A stretch of 64,000 bases of DNA, taken from the NCBI GenBank assembly GCA_010405405.1, contig MU004241.1, positions 186,001 to 250,000 of the forward strand, written 5' to 3'. Positions 11,902 to 25,564 of this stretch are shown here, one piece after another. Source of the DNA: Microthyrium microscopicum (Eukaryota). Position 1 is the stretch's first letter. The number at the start of each line of letters is the position of its first letter. The notes beneath the pieces were generated by a model. It was not told where the DNA came from. It ran no database searches and saw only the letters and a list, made by a program, of their open reading frames with translations. The position numbers and the translations under genes are program-made.

Positions 11902-13317
11902 TGTAGTAGAGTTAGTTAGGTTTATCTTTTAGGCGTTAGGGAGTTATAGGTATTAGTTTAAATAGAAAATATAAAAAGATTAGTTAAAACTAAAGTATTA
12001 TTATTAAAAGTAAAAATAAGAATAAGTTTATTAAGTATTAGAGTATAGAGTAGTAGTATAGATTTAAGTTTTGTAGTATATAGATTATTTAATATAATAT
12101 AGTAAAAGTAGTTAAAACCCTAATATAAAGAACTTATAAATTTATATATTAATTTAAAGATTTACGTTTAACTTTTGATAGATATTAATACTTATAGCTA
12201 ATTATATTACATTAAAATTTAAGAATCTACTACCTATATTTATTCTTTATAAATTGTATATTAAATAATAGCTTATCTTACTCTAATAAGTAAGTTAATT
12301 ATAAAAGTTTAAAAGACGTATTTAAAATATAACTAGTAATACGTATATATTTAAGAAAGATAAGTTAGGTTATTAGATAGAGTAGGCTTAAAGGTATATA
12401 ATAATATATAGTATAGTTTATAAATATTTAGTTTTAGTAGTTATATAAATAGTTTCAAAATAATAATAAAAGATAGTTTAAAGTTTTACTATATAAAGTA
12501 GTATTTTATATTTTGAATTTAGATTTAAATTAGATAGTAGATATATAGAAAATTCTATATCATTATATAGCCCTAAAATAGCTCTATATAATGATATAGG
12601 TTTTATATCTTAAGTATTACAACTCTTAGTAGCATTTAAAATACTTTTAAATAATAAAATATTTTTTTAAATAGTAAATAAGCTTAGATAAGACAAAATA
12701 GATATATAGTTTTATATAGAATATCTATATACTTATTATATAACTAAAATTTATCTAAAAAACTATAATTAAAAGACTTATTTCTACTATTTACTTACTT
12801 TATTATTATAAATATTAATCTTTAGTACTAATATATTTAATATCTTTTTATTACGTAAGTATTATATAAAACTAATACTCTAAGTATACTCGTTACATTA
12901 TAACGAATCAAAATATATATAGGTTTACTTAAAAATAGCTATTTTTAATATAACTAAGTTAAATATAGTATTTTAGTTAACTTTATTCTTTTTATCTATT
13001 ATATTTATGTTCTTAATTCCTAATTATTTGTATTAAAACCTAAAATAATTATATTTAGTCCTAATTCTTTTTGTATTCTATTAGGCATAATTCTAGGAGG
13101 CTATACTTAAAAAACAAGTACTTAAAATTAAAAACTAACTACTCTAGTAATTATTTAAGCTTTATTTTTTAATAAAAAAAAAAGCTCTAACTTTAAAGTT
13201 AAATAACTCTAGAACTAGTTAACGCCTATTAAAACGAAATACACTATTGTATTCTACGTAAAATACTGAATCGAATAATGTATTTTTTAGCCTATAATAT
13301 TACCTAATCTATTTATA

Positions 13318-13521
13318 AAACTAGTATAGAACTAGTACTAGTATACTAGTAGTATACTATAGTACTAGTCTAATTAGTATTATAAAATACTAGACTAGTA
13401 TAGTACTAGTACTAGTACTGGAGTATTCCTAGACTAACTAGTACTAGTAGCTACTTTTAATACTAGATACTAGTCCTACTAGTACTAGTACTAGACTATA
13501 CTAATTAGTTTAGCAACCTTG
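13318..13521. repeat. Right subterminal ACTAGT array plus right TIR (13499-13521)
   Basis: Many ACTAGT/TACTAG units mirroring the left end, ending in TACTAATTAGTTTAGCAACCTTG. Confidence 0.9.
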
Positions 13522-13529
13522 ATAGAGAG

Positions 13530-14330
13530 TGGTCTAGAATTTACTCCGCCTAGTAAAGTATTAACGCGCCAAGCGCCGCGGAAACTAGATTGTTGACATC
13601 GTGATACTAAAGTGCTGTTGGTGAGGCCTCATATAACCTTTCAAGCAGCACAAGAGATGTCACTCCGTCGCACCAGCCACAAGACCGCGTGCTCGTAGTA
13701 CTGTAGGAAATGATTTGTATGGTTTCGGTGCCTCGGAACTAGATTGCACCCGTGAGGCAGTGCTGGAATAGACTTTCCTGATATAGTATGTTCACGAGCT
13801 GATGTTAAGGACTGGTTGGTGTAGAGGTTGGAAAAAGCTCAGGGTCCAGTACAGACGAAACAGGGAAACAAGTTTGGTGTTTGTGGCAAGGGGGATAAAG
13901 GGTTGTAGTTGAAAAAGTCTTGGTGTACTAAGCCAAGGGGTTCCAGATGCGGCAGTTGGTGAGGGAGCTGCTGGATTTGTCCACTTTTGGCGGCAAAATT
14001 GGAGGCGCAGCGATGTTGAGCTTGTACAAGGAAGCTGAGAGGCCAGTCAGTATTGTTTTCGGGCAGCGCCGAATAGATTTCTTGGTTGCGTTCAAGATAG
14101 GGGAAAACTTGGAATTTGGAGATAGCCTTGGTGTTGAGGTCGAGTTTAAAGGCATCGCAATTGACAAATAAGGCAAAATTTGGAGGCTTGCAAGCGCAAC
14201 GTCGATTTTTAGACGCCACGGCGTTTTGAGGCTCAGGATGCGTTTCACAATTGCAGCCAATGGGCCCCTGAGCCTGAGCGCAAGGTGGAATTCAATGTTT
14301 CGATTTCTTTTTCTGACAAGCGCCAATTCT
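13530..14330 (-). pseudogene. Possible degenerate gene remnant next to (possibly interrupted by) the hAT insertion
   Basis: Overlapping minus-strand ORFs 13928-14326 and 13839-14219 in different frames with coding-like codon usage; no recognisable motif. Confidence 0.25.
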
Positions 14331-16378
14331 TTTGCTAAGCGATGAAACGGTTTGCTGTCACGTCTGTGGAAAAATATTAGAAGCGCAAGCTGTCATGGAA
14401 GACAAAAAGCAAATGCCGCTCTGTCGTCTGTCATGTTGCACTTTGCATTCTTTTTGATTTCAAGATTTGTTAATCGCTGTGGCAAGGCCAAGAGCCAAGT
14501 GCGCGATATTGGCGATTGGAGTGCTGGGCAAGTGTCATAGCAAATGCAGAAGAATGGTCACAGTCGCATGGGCGGCTAGAGCTTTGTGGATTTGTAGCTT
14601 AGCAGTCGTACGGGCCAAGGTACCAAGTATTTTCCAAGGCCTTTGGAAAGTGTATTTGCAACTTGTTTTGTAGAGAAGAATGTCGGTTTATAACTTTATT
14701 TTGCATCTTGTGATTGTCGTTGACGATGCCCAGGGCCGGCTGGGTCAACGGGTAGCTGAGAAGTAGCGCAGGGATGTAGAGCAGATCACATTGAAGTGGA
14801 AGCTGGTTGGCGATTGACATGGTGTGTTGTCTGATAGCAATCCCCGGGACTGGCGCGTGTCTATATTTTGTTTAGGAAAGTGACGGGTTCGCGTAGGACT
14901 GATAGATGAGAGATACTTGGCGCAATAAATAAAGCAATGGAAGACCACGCGTTCGATCAATCGATGGCCAGAGTAGAGATCGCGTTGGCATCTTGATATT
15001 AGGGGAGCTAAGACCAGGAACGCTGGGCACTGGGCACGCAGGCGTAGGCACTGGTAAAGTTAGTGTATGGTTAGAGAAGGAAGTAGCTTTAAAGATTAGT
15101 GGTGAGGCAGAAATGTGTTTTCAATTGACGCAGGGAGAGAGGCTCTCAGAAGCTGTTGACAAACGAAACATATGAAAGAAACATGTTCTGTTGAGTGTTG
15201 GCTGTATTTGATGTTTGAAGGTAGCGGAGGATCTAGGAGTTATGCACGACATGTGTAATCTGGAGGAGGTCGCGATGTTTTATGAAGTCTTGGAAGATGG
15301 TGGTGAGGAAGTTGTATGTACTCTGTCAAGCTGTATGTATTGATTCAATTTGATATCCAAGGCATTCTTGCCTCTTGTAGTGGGTCGATGGGCGACTATT
15401 GGCCCCTGTTCAGTGTTTGCTGGTAAGGAAGGCGCACTTGGTATTTCAGGCCCAACAGGAAAGTGCGATACTGGTCTAAGCCTCCTTTTGCCAAGAGGAC
15501 CTACCAACGTACCTTCCCAGAATCGTAGATTGAATCAAATGCTGCGTGCCGCGCTTTCCTCACGTTTTCACTCTGTAATGCTGCATCCATCTGACCTCAC
15601 CATCGCCTTCTCTTCTTCCAATTCTTTTCTACTCCTCATAGACGGCTTCGTTCTCTTCTTATAACCATCTTAATTCTCCCGTCTCTTCTCTACTCTCAAT
15701 CACCTCCCCTGCACCACCAGAACACCCATATCCCTGCATCTCCAACTCATACAGAATCTCTCCTATGACCTCCTGCTACACCTCAATTCCAGAGGCTAGA
15801 TAGACATGCTACTTCGCTTACCTTCTCCTTCTTCATAACCTTGCGCCAAGCTGCACTGCCTCAACTTGCGCAACCTGCTCTCTCCATCCATTGTTCGCCT
15901 GAAGCATACGAATTAACTGCTCGAATCCGCCTCCTACACGCTGGACCTTTCACTTGGCCTATCAGCCTTGCCCCTTCACCAGCCTACTTGTACTTGGGAC
16001 CGCAATCCAATAATTGTCCGCCAGCAACAATAACTGTTCTCAAGCCCCAACCGCTGACTGGTAGCCTCACCACTTCCTCTTCTGGTCAACCAAATTACCA
16101 ACATTCGATTGGTTAACCTGCTGCGGCACACATTCGACACATCCGACTCAGCTTTCTTTCCAAAATCTCCCTCAGGTTGTCTCACCGGTCGTCATATTGA
16201 TCAGGCTGCCTTCAAATCGCGTTTCTTTTATCTGAGCCCATTAGGCTGAGTTTAGAAGATAGGACGCCTTGAAACCAGATCACAACTACCACAGACGATC
16301 CACCGGATGCCACTTTGTTGACTACCTTTGGAATTTCGTATTTAACGTTGCCTTTCTTGGTAACAACACTTGATTCAC

Positions 16379-19300
16379 ATGGCCGATTCTTCCGGAGGGC
16401 CCAAGCGGCCTCGCGCTCCTACAATCACTGTAGATACATCAGCTGTTAGCGATGCCCCTCATACTGGTACGTTGGGTTTTGATTTAACCTGTCTGAATGT
16501 CACAGCTAACGATATACAGAACCAGAACCAAGTTCTGCGTTCATATCGCCATTAGGTCGCGATACATTAGCCATTCCCGGCCGAGCACGAGGCGATTCTG
16601 TAAACTCGAATACTTCACAATCCACAACCGGCAGTCATACCGTCGTCAATAGCCCTTCACCCTCGCATCGAAACTCAGACGTTACACATATAGCTGACAT
16701 AAAGAGTGAGGACGATGTTTGGAAGCCCGAAGATGAAAAGGAGGGGGCACTTTTCTATGATGAGAATTCTCCATTTGGCGTGACCAGAGGCCATCTATCC
16801 AAATTGCTACCTCGAAAAGACAAACGCGCATTCTACCATTTACGGGGAATTACTGGATTAGCATCCGCGCTTAGGACGAATCCAAAAACTGGCTTGCCAT
16901 CGGACGAGGAATATCTGAAAGGCGAAATGTCATTCGATGATCTCAAAAATGTAAACCCTGGAGAAGAAAATGAACCTACCAAGGGTCTCACACATAGTAG
17001 CACTGAGCGCAGTTCTCCAAAAGACAAGAAGGATACACTTTACGCGGATCGGAAACGTGTGTTTGGTGACAACCGATTACCAACTCGGAAAGCCAAAAGC
17101 TTCTTTGCACTGGCATGGGAAGCTCTCCAGGACAAGATTCTCATACTACTTTGCATAGCCGCAGTCATCTCCTTGGCTCTCGGAATATACCAATCAGTCA
17201 CGAAAAAGGCCTCAGAGGGCGCAAGAGTCGACTGGGTTGAGGGTGTGGCAATCATGGTTGCTGTGATCATCGTTGTTGGGGTCGGTGCATTGAACGATTG
17301 GCAAAAAGAACGGCAGTTCAAAAAGCTAAATGCTCAAAAGGAGGACCGCTTCGTCAAAGTGATTCGCTCTGGCAAAACCCAAAAAGTGTCCGTTTACGAA
17401 GTTTTCCCCGGCGATGTTATGATCCTGGAGCAAGGCGACGTCTTACCTTGCGATGGAATTCTAATTGAAGGCCATAACGTGAGCTGTGACGAATCCAGTG
17501 CAACTGGTGAATCCGATCTCATGAAAAAGTCTCCAGGCGATGTGGTTTGGAAGGCTCTTGACCAAGGCCAAGATACCAAAAAGTTGGACCCCTTTATCAT
17601 TTCTGGAGCACGAGTCTCTGAGGGTGTAGGCACGTTTTTGGTGACCGCTGTTGGTGTCAATTCCAGCCACGGAAAGCTCATGATGGCCCTCAACGAAGAT
17701 ACTGACGCCACCCCACTTCAGTACAAACTCAACAGACTGGCTTCCTACATCGCTAAGCTCGGTAGTGCAGCTGGTCTGCTCTTGTTCATAGTTCTGTTCA
17801 TTGAATACCTGACGCGTCTTAAGAATCCGACTGATCCGGATGGAACAGCTCGAGATGCCAAGAGCAAGGCACAAGATTTTGTTCGAATTCTTATCGTCGC
17901 CGTTACTATCGTCGTCGTGGCAGTACCAGAAGGTCTGCCTTTGGCTGTAACTCTTGCGCTGGCCTTTGCAACCAAACGAATGACAAAAGACAACAATTTG
18001 GTCCGCCACTTGCAATCTTGCGAAACAATGGGAAATGCTACGGTAATTTGCTCTGACAAGACTGGTACATTGACCCAAAATGTCATGACTGTGGTGGCTG
18101 CAACTTTTGGACGAGGATCTGTTCGAGCAGGGGACAAAGACAAAATGCCAACAAAGCAAGGTGCAAATTTCACAGATGGAACCCCTGGCAGCGCATCAAC
18201 AGATGATAGTGGAACAACTGCTGATGGCTCCGTGGAGCTGCCCATCTATGACTTGCACGAACGTCTGGATCGCGATTTTCAACACATTCTTAAAGACTCC
18301 ATCGTAATCAACAGCACAGCCTTTGAAGGCGAAGAAGAGGGCAAACAAGTTTTCATTGGATCCAAGACCGAAACAGCGCTTCTAGATTTCGCCGCTCGCT
18401 GCTTTGAGTTGACCAATCTCCAAAAAGAGCGAGAAGCATCTACTATCACTCAGCTGATTCCATTCGATTCGCGAAGAAAGGTTATGGGTGTTGTTATCAA
18501 ATCTGCCGATGCAAAATACCGCATGTTCATCAAAGGTGCCTCTGAGATTGTACTGTCAAAGTGTACCAAGGTTGTGGATGATCCACTCAATTCGACCCAT
18601 GCGACGGATCTGTCTGAAGAGGATAAAAGTACGCTTGGCTCTATCATTTCTTCATATGCTTCAATGTCATTACGAACCATTGGTATGGGTTACCGGGACT
18701 TTGCGCAATGGCCTCCTCAGGGTGCGAAACACTCACCAGACAATCCCTCGGATCCCGACTTTGACGATATCTTCCATGATATAACTTGGTTGTCTGTGGT
18801 TGGCATTCAAGATCCAATGCGAAAGGGTGTCGCAGAAGCAGTGGCCACTTGCGAACGAGCTGGTGTTCGTGCAATTATGGTGACAGGAGACAACGTTGAA
18901 ACTGCCCGAGCCATTGCAAAGGATTGCGGTATTCTCAAAGAAGGGGGAATTGTCATGGAAGGTCCTAAACTTCGAAGTCTTTCCCCAGCCCAGCTACAGG
19001 AGGTCCTTCCAAAACTTTGTGTTGTTGCTCGATCCAGCCCGGAAGACAAAAAGACACTTGTTCAAGCACTCCGCGGAGAAGGTCATGTTGTCGCTGTTAC
19101 AGGTGATGGTACCAATGATGCGCCTGCTCTCAAAGCAGCTGATGTAGGCTTTTCCATGGGTATTGCTGGAACGGAAGTGGCGAAAGAAGCATCAGACATC
19201 ATTTTGATGGACGACAACTTTTCCTCCATTGTCAAAGCACTTGCCTGGGGCCGTACCATCAACGATGCGGTCAAGAAGTTTCTGCAGTTCCAGATTACAG

Positions 19301-20361
19301 TCAACATCGTGGCCGTTTTGCTAACGTTCATCACCGCTGTCAGTAGTGACGAAGAAGAGTCGGTGTTGAACGCTGTACAACTGCTATGGGTCAACCTCAT
19401 CATGGACACTTTTGCTGCTCTGGCTCTAGCAACAGATCCACCCGCTGGTAGCTTGTTTGACCGCAGGCCCGAGCCTCGCGATGCACCCTTGATTACTCCA
19501 ACCATGTGGAAGACTATTATCGGCCAAACCATCTACCAACTCATTGTTACCTTGGTCATGTTTTTCGCTGGCAAAAAGTTCATTCCTCCATTCAACAACA
19601 TGTCCGCGGCAGAACTGAAATCCGACAAGAATACTCTCCTGTTTAATACTCTGATCTTCAACGTCTTCGTCTGGATGCAGATCTTTGACGCGCTCAATTG
19701 TCGACGGATCGATAATTCCAAGAACATCTTTGAGGGTTTCTGGCGCAATAATTTCTTCATGGGCATTATAGCAATAATGATCGGAGGACAAGCCATCATC
19801 GTCAGCTTCGGCGGTGCTGCTTTTGTCGTCACCCCCATTTACGGCTATCATTGGGCCATCTCTATTGTTCTCGGCTTCATCACATTACCCATCGGATTCC
19901 TCATCCGCTGCATTCCTGACCGTTATGTCCGCATTGATCTCCCCGTCAAACGCTTCATGGCCGCTAATACGCCCGCCTGGCTTCAACGCTATCTGGCCCG
20001 CCGGCGCAAACCACCGCCAGTCATTGAGGCCGGCGACATGGACGACGACCACATCGGCAAGGAGTGGCATCGCGTGTATAACCAGGTGCATGATGATTTG
20101 GCGCTCTACAAGCAACTTCGAGGTCGTCGATTACATGTCATCAAAATGGGCATCCGTCATCCCCGCGAGCTGCTCAAGAGCCATCGCAGTAGAAGTGGAT
20201 CGCGCAACAGCGTGTTGCCTGGTCTTGTAGCGGCTGGTGCTACGCTGGGCAGTGTTGGCGGTGGAATTACACCGGATCGTCGGTCTATCAACTCTCGGCG
20301 GCCGGAAGATGGGGATGCTAGCTCGACTGCGCCGTCAAGAAGAGGAACGGACGAAGTGTGA
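16379..20361 (+). CDS. PMC1: P-type IIB (PMCA-type) vacuolar calcium-transporting ATPase
   Basis: ATG 16379 and intron 16467-16519 join in frame to the long ORF. Motifs TGES, VAVPEGLPLAVT, DKTGTLT, KGASE, TGDGTNDAPAL, QLLWVNLIMDT. Confidence 0.95.
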
Positions 20362-21779
20362 GCGACATAATTGCTATTGCTTGATGTTCTCATTTTTTTT
20401 TGGGTACCGAAATCGGGCCCACTGACATTCGATTGATATCGTTCTGTCACGACATAAGGTAAGCCTTGGCTAAATCGGCCAAGCAAAGGACTCGGCCTTC
20501 TCAGACCGACTTCATCCTGCAAGTTGTGCAACAATTGCACATATAGGATGACTGAGATGGCTAAACCCTACCCACTGGTGCATTGGAAGGAAAGGATGAT
20601 TGGGAGGGCATTTTAACGACTCTGGAAAAAAGTACATACATGTACCACCAGAGCAGAAGCTTTATTATTTAAACACCTGGGCTTCAGAATGAATTAGCAC
20701 AGAGCTTGCGCGGGATACTTGGACGGCTAGACTATACTTCATTCTCTGTACAAGTATATGGTCTGAAGTAATTGCGGATTAACTTTTTGATACCCTACGC
20801 GCTTTTCTCCAATTCCCTACAACACGTTAGGTAATCATGAATGCACAATTTCTAATCTACCCTTCTACATCTGATCGATTCGTCTCAATCTTTCGCGGGA
20901 GTCGACTTCTGCTCTGTGTAGTACGGAGTACTTGTATGTATTTTCTGATCGAGCTGTGTTCCAACTTGACTAATGCAGAAGCTCACAAGCAAAGTAGTCA
21001 AAAAACAATCAACCAGATGGTAATTATCGTCATGACCGAATGTCCAGTAAGAAACTAGTCAGCAGCTTAATAGTACAGTGGTGAAACATAACTCTTCAAC
21101 AGATACAGACTGAAGAAGTTGTATGGATTAGCCAAGCAAGCCACCAATAGAGACTAGAAGAGTCAAGAGACTAGGCAGATCTTCTCCCGTCACTAAGGGA
21201 TAAAATGTCCGTGACTTAGTCATTTCAGATTTGCTTTTTCCTGGTTGCTGAATTAGCACGCGCGCACTGTAGCTGGTCCAAGTTCAAGAGTGGATTTGAC
21301 CGTTGGAGTTGGGTTGTTTTACGAAGTTTACCAAACATGTATCTTGAGAGGCTGGTTTTGTGCGTTGAAAGCATGGCATAGAGCAAGACAGAGTTTCAGA
21401 ATATTCTTTGTAAAGTTTAAAAGGGATTCTGTAACATTGATCAGGCTGATAAACTGTCAGGTACAGAGAAATTTGGGGCAGAATTGTTAGCCCCTGGATC
21501 GGCAACAGGCGCCTTGTCGACCTGCACGACTGCAACACCATCTCCACTGATTCTCCAGGCCAGGTCGGGCTTGCTTCTCTGCTTCTTCTCCTGCACATCA
21601 ATCCAGACATACTACTTCGTCATGCTTCTTGCATACACCATACTGCTTCTTTGATCATCATTTGTGCTTCTTGTTCATTCTTTTCCTGTACCTTTTCGCC
21701 TGTATAGCCTCCCATTATCGCTCATTTGACCCTGCGCAACTCGCGAAACCCCTAATCACCGCTTTCTTTGCACGTTTGC

Positions 21780-24700
21780 ATGCCGAATGATCTCCCCATT
21801 GCCCCCGTCACCACCATGCCTTCGAGAATCTGGCTAGACGGCACCGATCCCAACGGCCCACGAGTTCTCCGTGACGATAAACCCTCCACTCTCCCTATCG
21901 CGCCGCCCATAATCCCTACCCGTCACTCACCCGCCCTCTCCTCAACTTCCGACGCAAACTCGCATGCCACCCGTACACCCAAATCCCGTCCGCGCCCAAC
22001 GCGTCGCGGAAAGTCAGATTCGCGCACGAATTCGCAAGATCCGCAGGTCATTAGCACCCTCATCGACTCGTTCGCTACCATTTCGTTCCCTGATACATTT
22101 CCCGATTCGAGACCGGCTCCGCGGGCGCAGAAACCGCAGCGCACGCAGGCTTGGTTGCGTGGACGGAGCTCGACGCCGGTGGTGAAGCATTCGAAAAGTT
22201 TTGATAGTTTTGCGTCTGCGCATGCGGCGGCTCATGAGTATGTTGCGCTTGCGCTCAAGGATAATTTGGGTGGCATTGATGATGCTGCGGAGCCTCCTGT
22301 AGTGCGGACTGCGAAGCATCCATCATCGTTTGGACAGACGACGCCGCATAAGTTGAAGAAGAGTGGTAGTGGAAGTGGGTTCAATGGGTTGGGGATTTCG
22401 TCGGGACCCGTGAGTCCGGTGGATGGCGATGGAAAGTATTCATCGCTGCTTGGCCAGAATTTTGACGAGGGAAAAGTGCTTGGACACAGCTCCAAGTATC
22501 AACATCACACCAAATCGCCCACAGAGTACAGCTCTGATGTCGACGAGCGAACCAGATCAATGCGCAGTAAAAAATGGTCGTCGCCAAATTTATCGAAAAC
22601 TCGCGCACCCAAACCAGGCCCGCGCACCTCGAGCGTCGATGCAATGGGTGGCTCTGAGGTGCATCTGCATGCAGTAGACGAAAGCGCCCAATGGGACTTT
22701 GGATCAGCGACTCCCAACGCCACCCCGCCTGCAACCTTCCAGGAGCCTATTTTGGACGACTCGCAACTTCCACTTGCCGATTCTGCGCACTCGCCGCTTA
22801 AAGGCACTTCTGGAGCCAAACGTCGCGGCAAAAAACCCGCTAGCAAAAAGACCTCGCCGGCGCTCAGCCAGGGGCCTTCTGTTCCTGACCGTCGATCCTC
22901 CTTGCTCCACCAGGATATCCCTCCCCCAGGCGAATTGGAATTGGAGGATATAAAGTCAATGTCGGATGGCGAGGTGAAAGATGCGTCTGCACCGCTCTTG
23001 TCGCAGAATGAGGAGCCTAAGACGCTCGCGATTGAGTTAGGCGAAGACACGGAAGTTACGAAGCGCATTCGAGAACTCAAGGCCAAGAAAGAGCAGCGCG
23101 AGCGCGAGGCAAGAGATACTCCTACTCCTGACATTGCTGAGTCTACAAATGGAAATTACATCAATGGAAATACGGCGACGCCCAAGCGCTCCAAGAAGCC
23201 AATTGGGGAACTCAAATTTCCTGCGCGCAGACCTAGTGCGCCTGCAAACGACAATCGAGACTCCTTTTTAGATGAACCTCCCAGTCCCTTGACCCCGACA
23301 ATGCTGCCAATAAACTACTCTTTCGTCGTCGACTCGCTCAACGGCGCGCGTCCACGTCCTTCGACTAGCTACGGAACTAGTTACGACTCATCGAAAGACC
23401 CGTCTGATCGCACACAATCCAGGCCTGTATCCGAAGGCGTTGCAGTTGTCCCAGCCGTACCAACTATGCCAACTGCTGCGCCCGCGCCGCCAGCCATTGG
23501 AGGCAGATCGGCCACGTCAAGATCCATAGCATCCAAATCATTCTTCGGGAGGAAGGACAAGGAAAACTCTAAGCGCGCCGAAAGTCCAGACGTGAACGGT
23601 AAAGATCGAACGTCACTCGACGCCGCATCGCAGGCATCCAAAGGTCACCATAGACGGTCCAGCTCTATTGCTTCGCGACGAAACCGATGGTCGCATCCAG
23701 ATCTACCATCCACCGTTGAGCGACGAACTAGTGTGAAAGCTACAGGCATCCTCTCAAAGCGAGAACCAGTACATAAAGAGACGGTACATGAAGAGCGTCC
23801 AGCAACTCCGGATACGGTTGGACGAGCAGTCGAATCGTTTATACATGCACAGCGCTTGTCTCAGAAGATTAGGCATCCTGAGAGTGGCCGTGTAGTATCA
23901 TTTTCGGAAGTCGGCGCGCCCAAGGGCAATGTTGTATTTTGCTGTGTTGGTATGGGCTTGACGAGATATGTTACGGCATTTTATGATGAGCTTGCGAGTA
24001 CGCTCAATTTGCGCTTGATCACTCCGGATCGTCCTGGTGTGGGCGAAAGTCAACCTGATCCCAATGGGACGCCGTTGAGTTGGGCTGGTAAGTTGCCTTT
24101 ATTATCATTGCGTTTTGATACTTATTTTTGTAGATGATGTTCTCTTTATATGCTCCTCCCTGGGTGTCACCAAGTTTTCTATTCTAGCCCATTCAGCTGG
24201 TGCCATCTACGCTCTTGCCACGGCTCTCCGTATCCCACAACATATTCGCGGCAAAGTGCATCTCCTTGCGCCTTGGATTCCACCCTCCCAAATGGAAACG
24301 ATTGGCGCTCATAACGATCCGCCGCCGGAAGTTCTCCTCCCCAAATCACAACGCTTCTTACGCGCTCTGCCCGCTCCCTTCCTGAAAGTCGCAAATTCGT
24401 CCTTCCTCTCTGCTACCAGCGCCTCTCTAAGTCCCAACTTAACTCCCCAATCCCGCAAAAAGCGCAAATCCAATACCGCCCGCTCAACATCACCCGCCTC
24501 ACCATCAAGACCATCCGCCACACGCCGCGAATCAATCCTCCTCATGGACACGCAAGACGTCCCACAAACCTCCCATTCCTCATCTCTCACTCTAAGCGGC
24601 ACACCCGCCCTCCCACGAACATCAGACTCCGCCCTCCATCCATCCGCTCTCGCGCCTCCACCGACACATATGCGCTCAATCTCCGCCCCAATGTCCCCCG

Positions 24701-25125
24701 CCACCGCCTCCTTCACCACCAACACATCCAGCAACCCCACCCTCGCTGCCATAACCCGCGATCCCAACCTCCGACGCGCCTACGACGAACGTCTCACCCT
24801 CGCCATCTGGGCTGCCGCCACCACCCACGCAAATCCCGCCGTCGACCTCCTAGTCTGTCTAGAACGCAGCCAAACAATCGGTTTTCGATACGTAGATATC
24901 ACGCGCGCGGTAGTAGTCCACCATGGCGCGAAGGACTCAAGGGTCCCGGTGGATAACGTCAAATGGTTGGGCGGACGAATGAGACGGTGCGAGGTTAGAG
25001 TGTTGCCGGACGAGGGACATGGGCTTATGGCTAGTGCGGGTGTTATGGGCAATGTGTTGACGGAGATGGCGAAGGAGTGGGATGATTGGAGAGCTGTTGT
25101 TGGAAAAGGGAAGGTTGATGGTTGA
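21780..25125 (+). CDS. Alpha/beta-hydrolase-fold protein with long disordered N-terminus
   Basis: Intron 24088-24133 joins ...LRLITPDRPGVGES...SWA|DDVL. Nucleophile elbow AHSAGA, HHGAKDSRVP, EGHGLM. Start could instead be ATG 21816. Confidence 0.88.
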
Positions 25126-25564
25126 ACGAGAAAGAATTGAAAGTGTCAGAGATTGGTGTAATGGGAGAATAGCATGGTGAATGCGGTAATGATTTGGTCT
25201 GGGTTGGTTACGATGTGGTTGCGTTTTTGGGTTTTGCGTTGCATGGCGTTTTGGGGATGATGCCGTTGAAGGACGGTCATGATATCAGATCGTGCCTTTT
25301 ATATATGTTCCTTGGTAGATGAGTGGGCAGACAGTGCCTGTGTTTGGTTTTGTTTAATAGCGTTGGAGCGTATAGATACCTTGGCGCGTGTAATGACATC
25401 TTGATGTTGTTTTCTTTTGTTGATTATCTGACATTCTGCAAAACTGATCGCTGGTTCATAGAAAGACGTCTTGCTTTAATAATTCATTGGACGTGTATTC
25501 CAGCGCGAAGAATGCATGTCGCCTCTAACTTGTCGTCAGGACGCCGTGATAACAACTACTCGTT

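Larger units (their letters stand above)
5929..13521. mobile_element. hAT-superfamily DNA transposon (~7.6 kb including gap), RIP-inactivated
   Basis: Perfect 23-bp TIRs (5929-5951, 13499-13521), 8-bp TSD ATAGAGAG (5921-5928, 13522-13529), internal hAT transposase relic, abrupt switch to AT-rich and TpA-rich composition at the TIRs. Confidence 0.97.

Noticed and set aside
11902..13317. Third gene in the right arm of the hAT
   Set aside because: Too heavily mutated; I could not build a consistent frame or splice pattern.
14350..16370. Structured ncRNA (such as telomerase RNA) or Crz1 sites upstream of PMC1
   Set aside because: No CTAACCCTAA-type template or clear consensus site found; looks like a pyrimidine-rich leader and intergenic DNA.
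16833..24767. Long antisense and alternative-frame ORFs over PMC1 and the hydrolase gene
   Set aside because: Expected shadows of codon bias in real genes.
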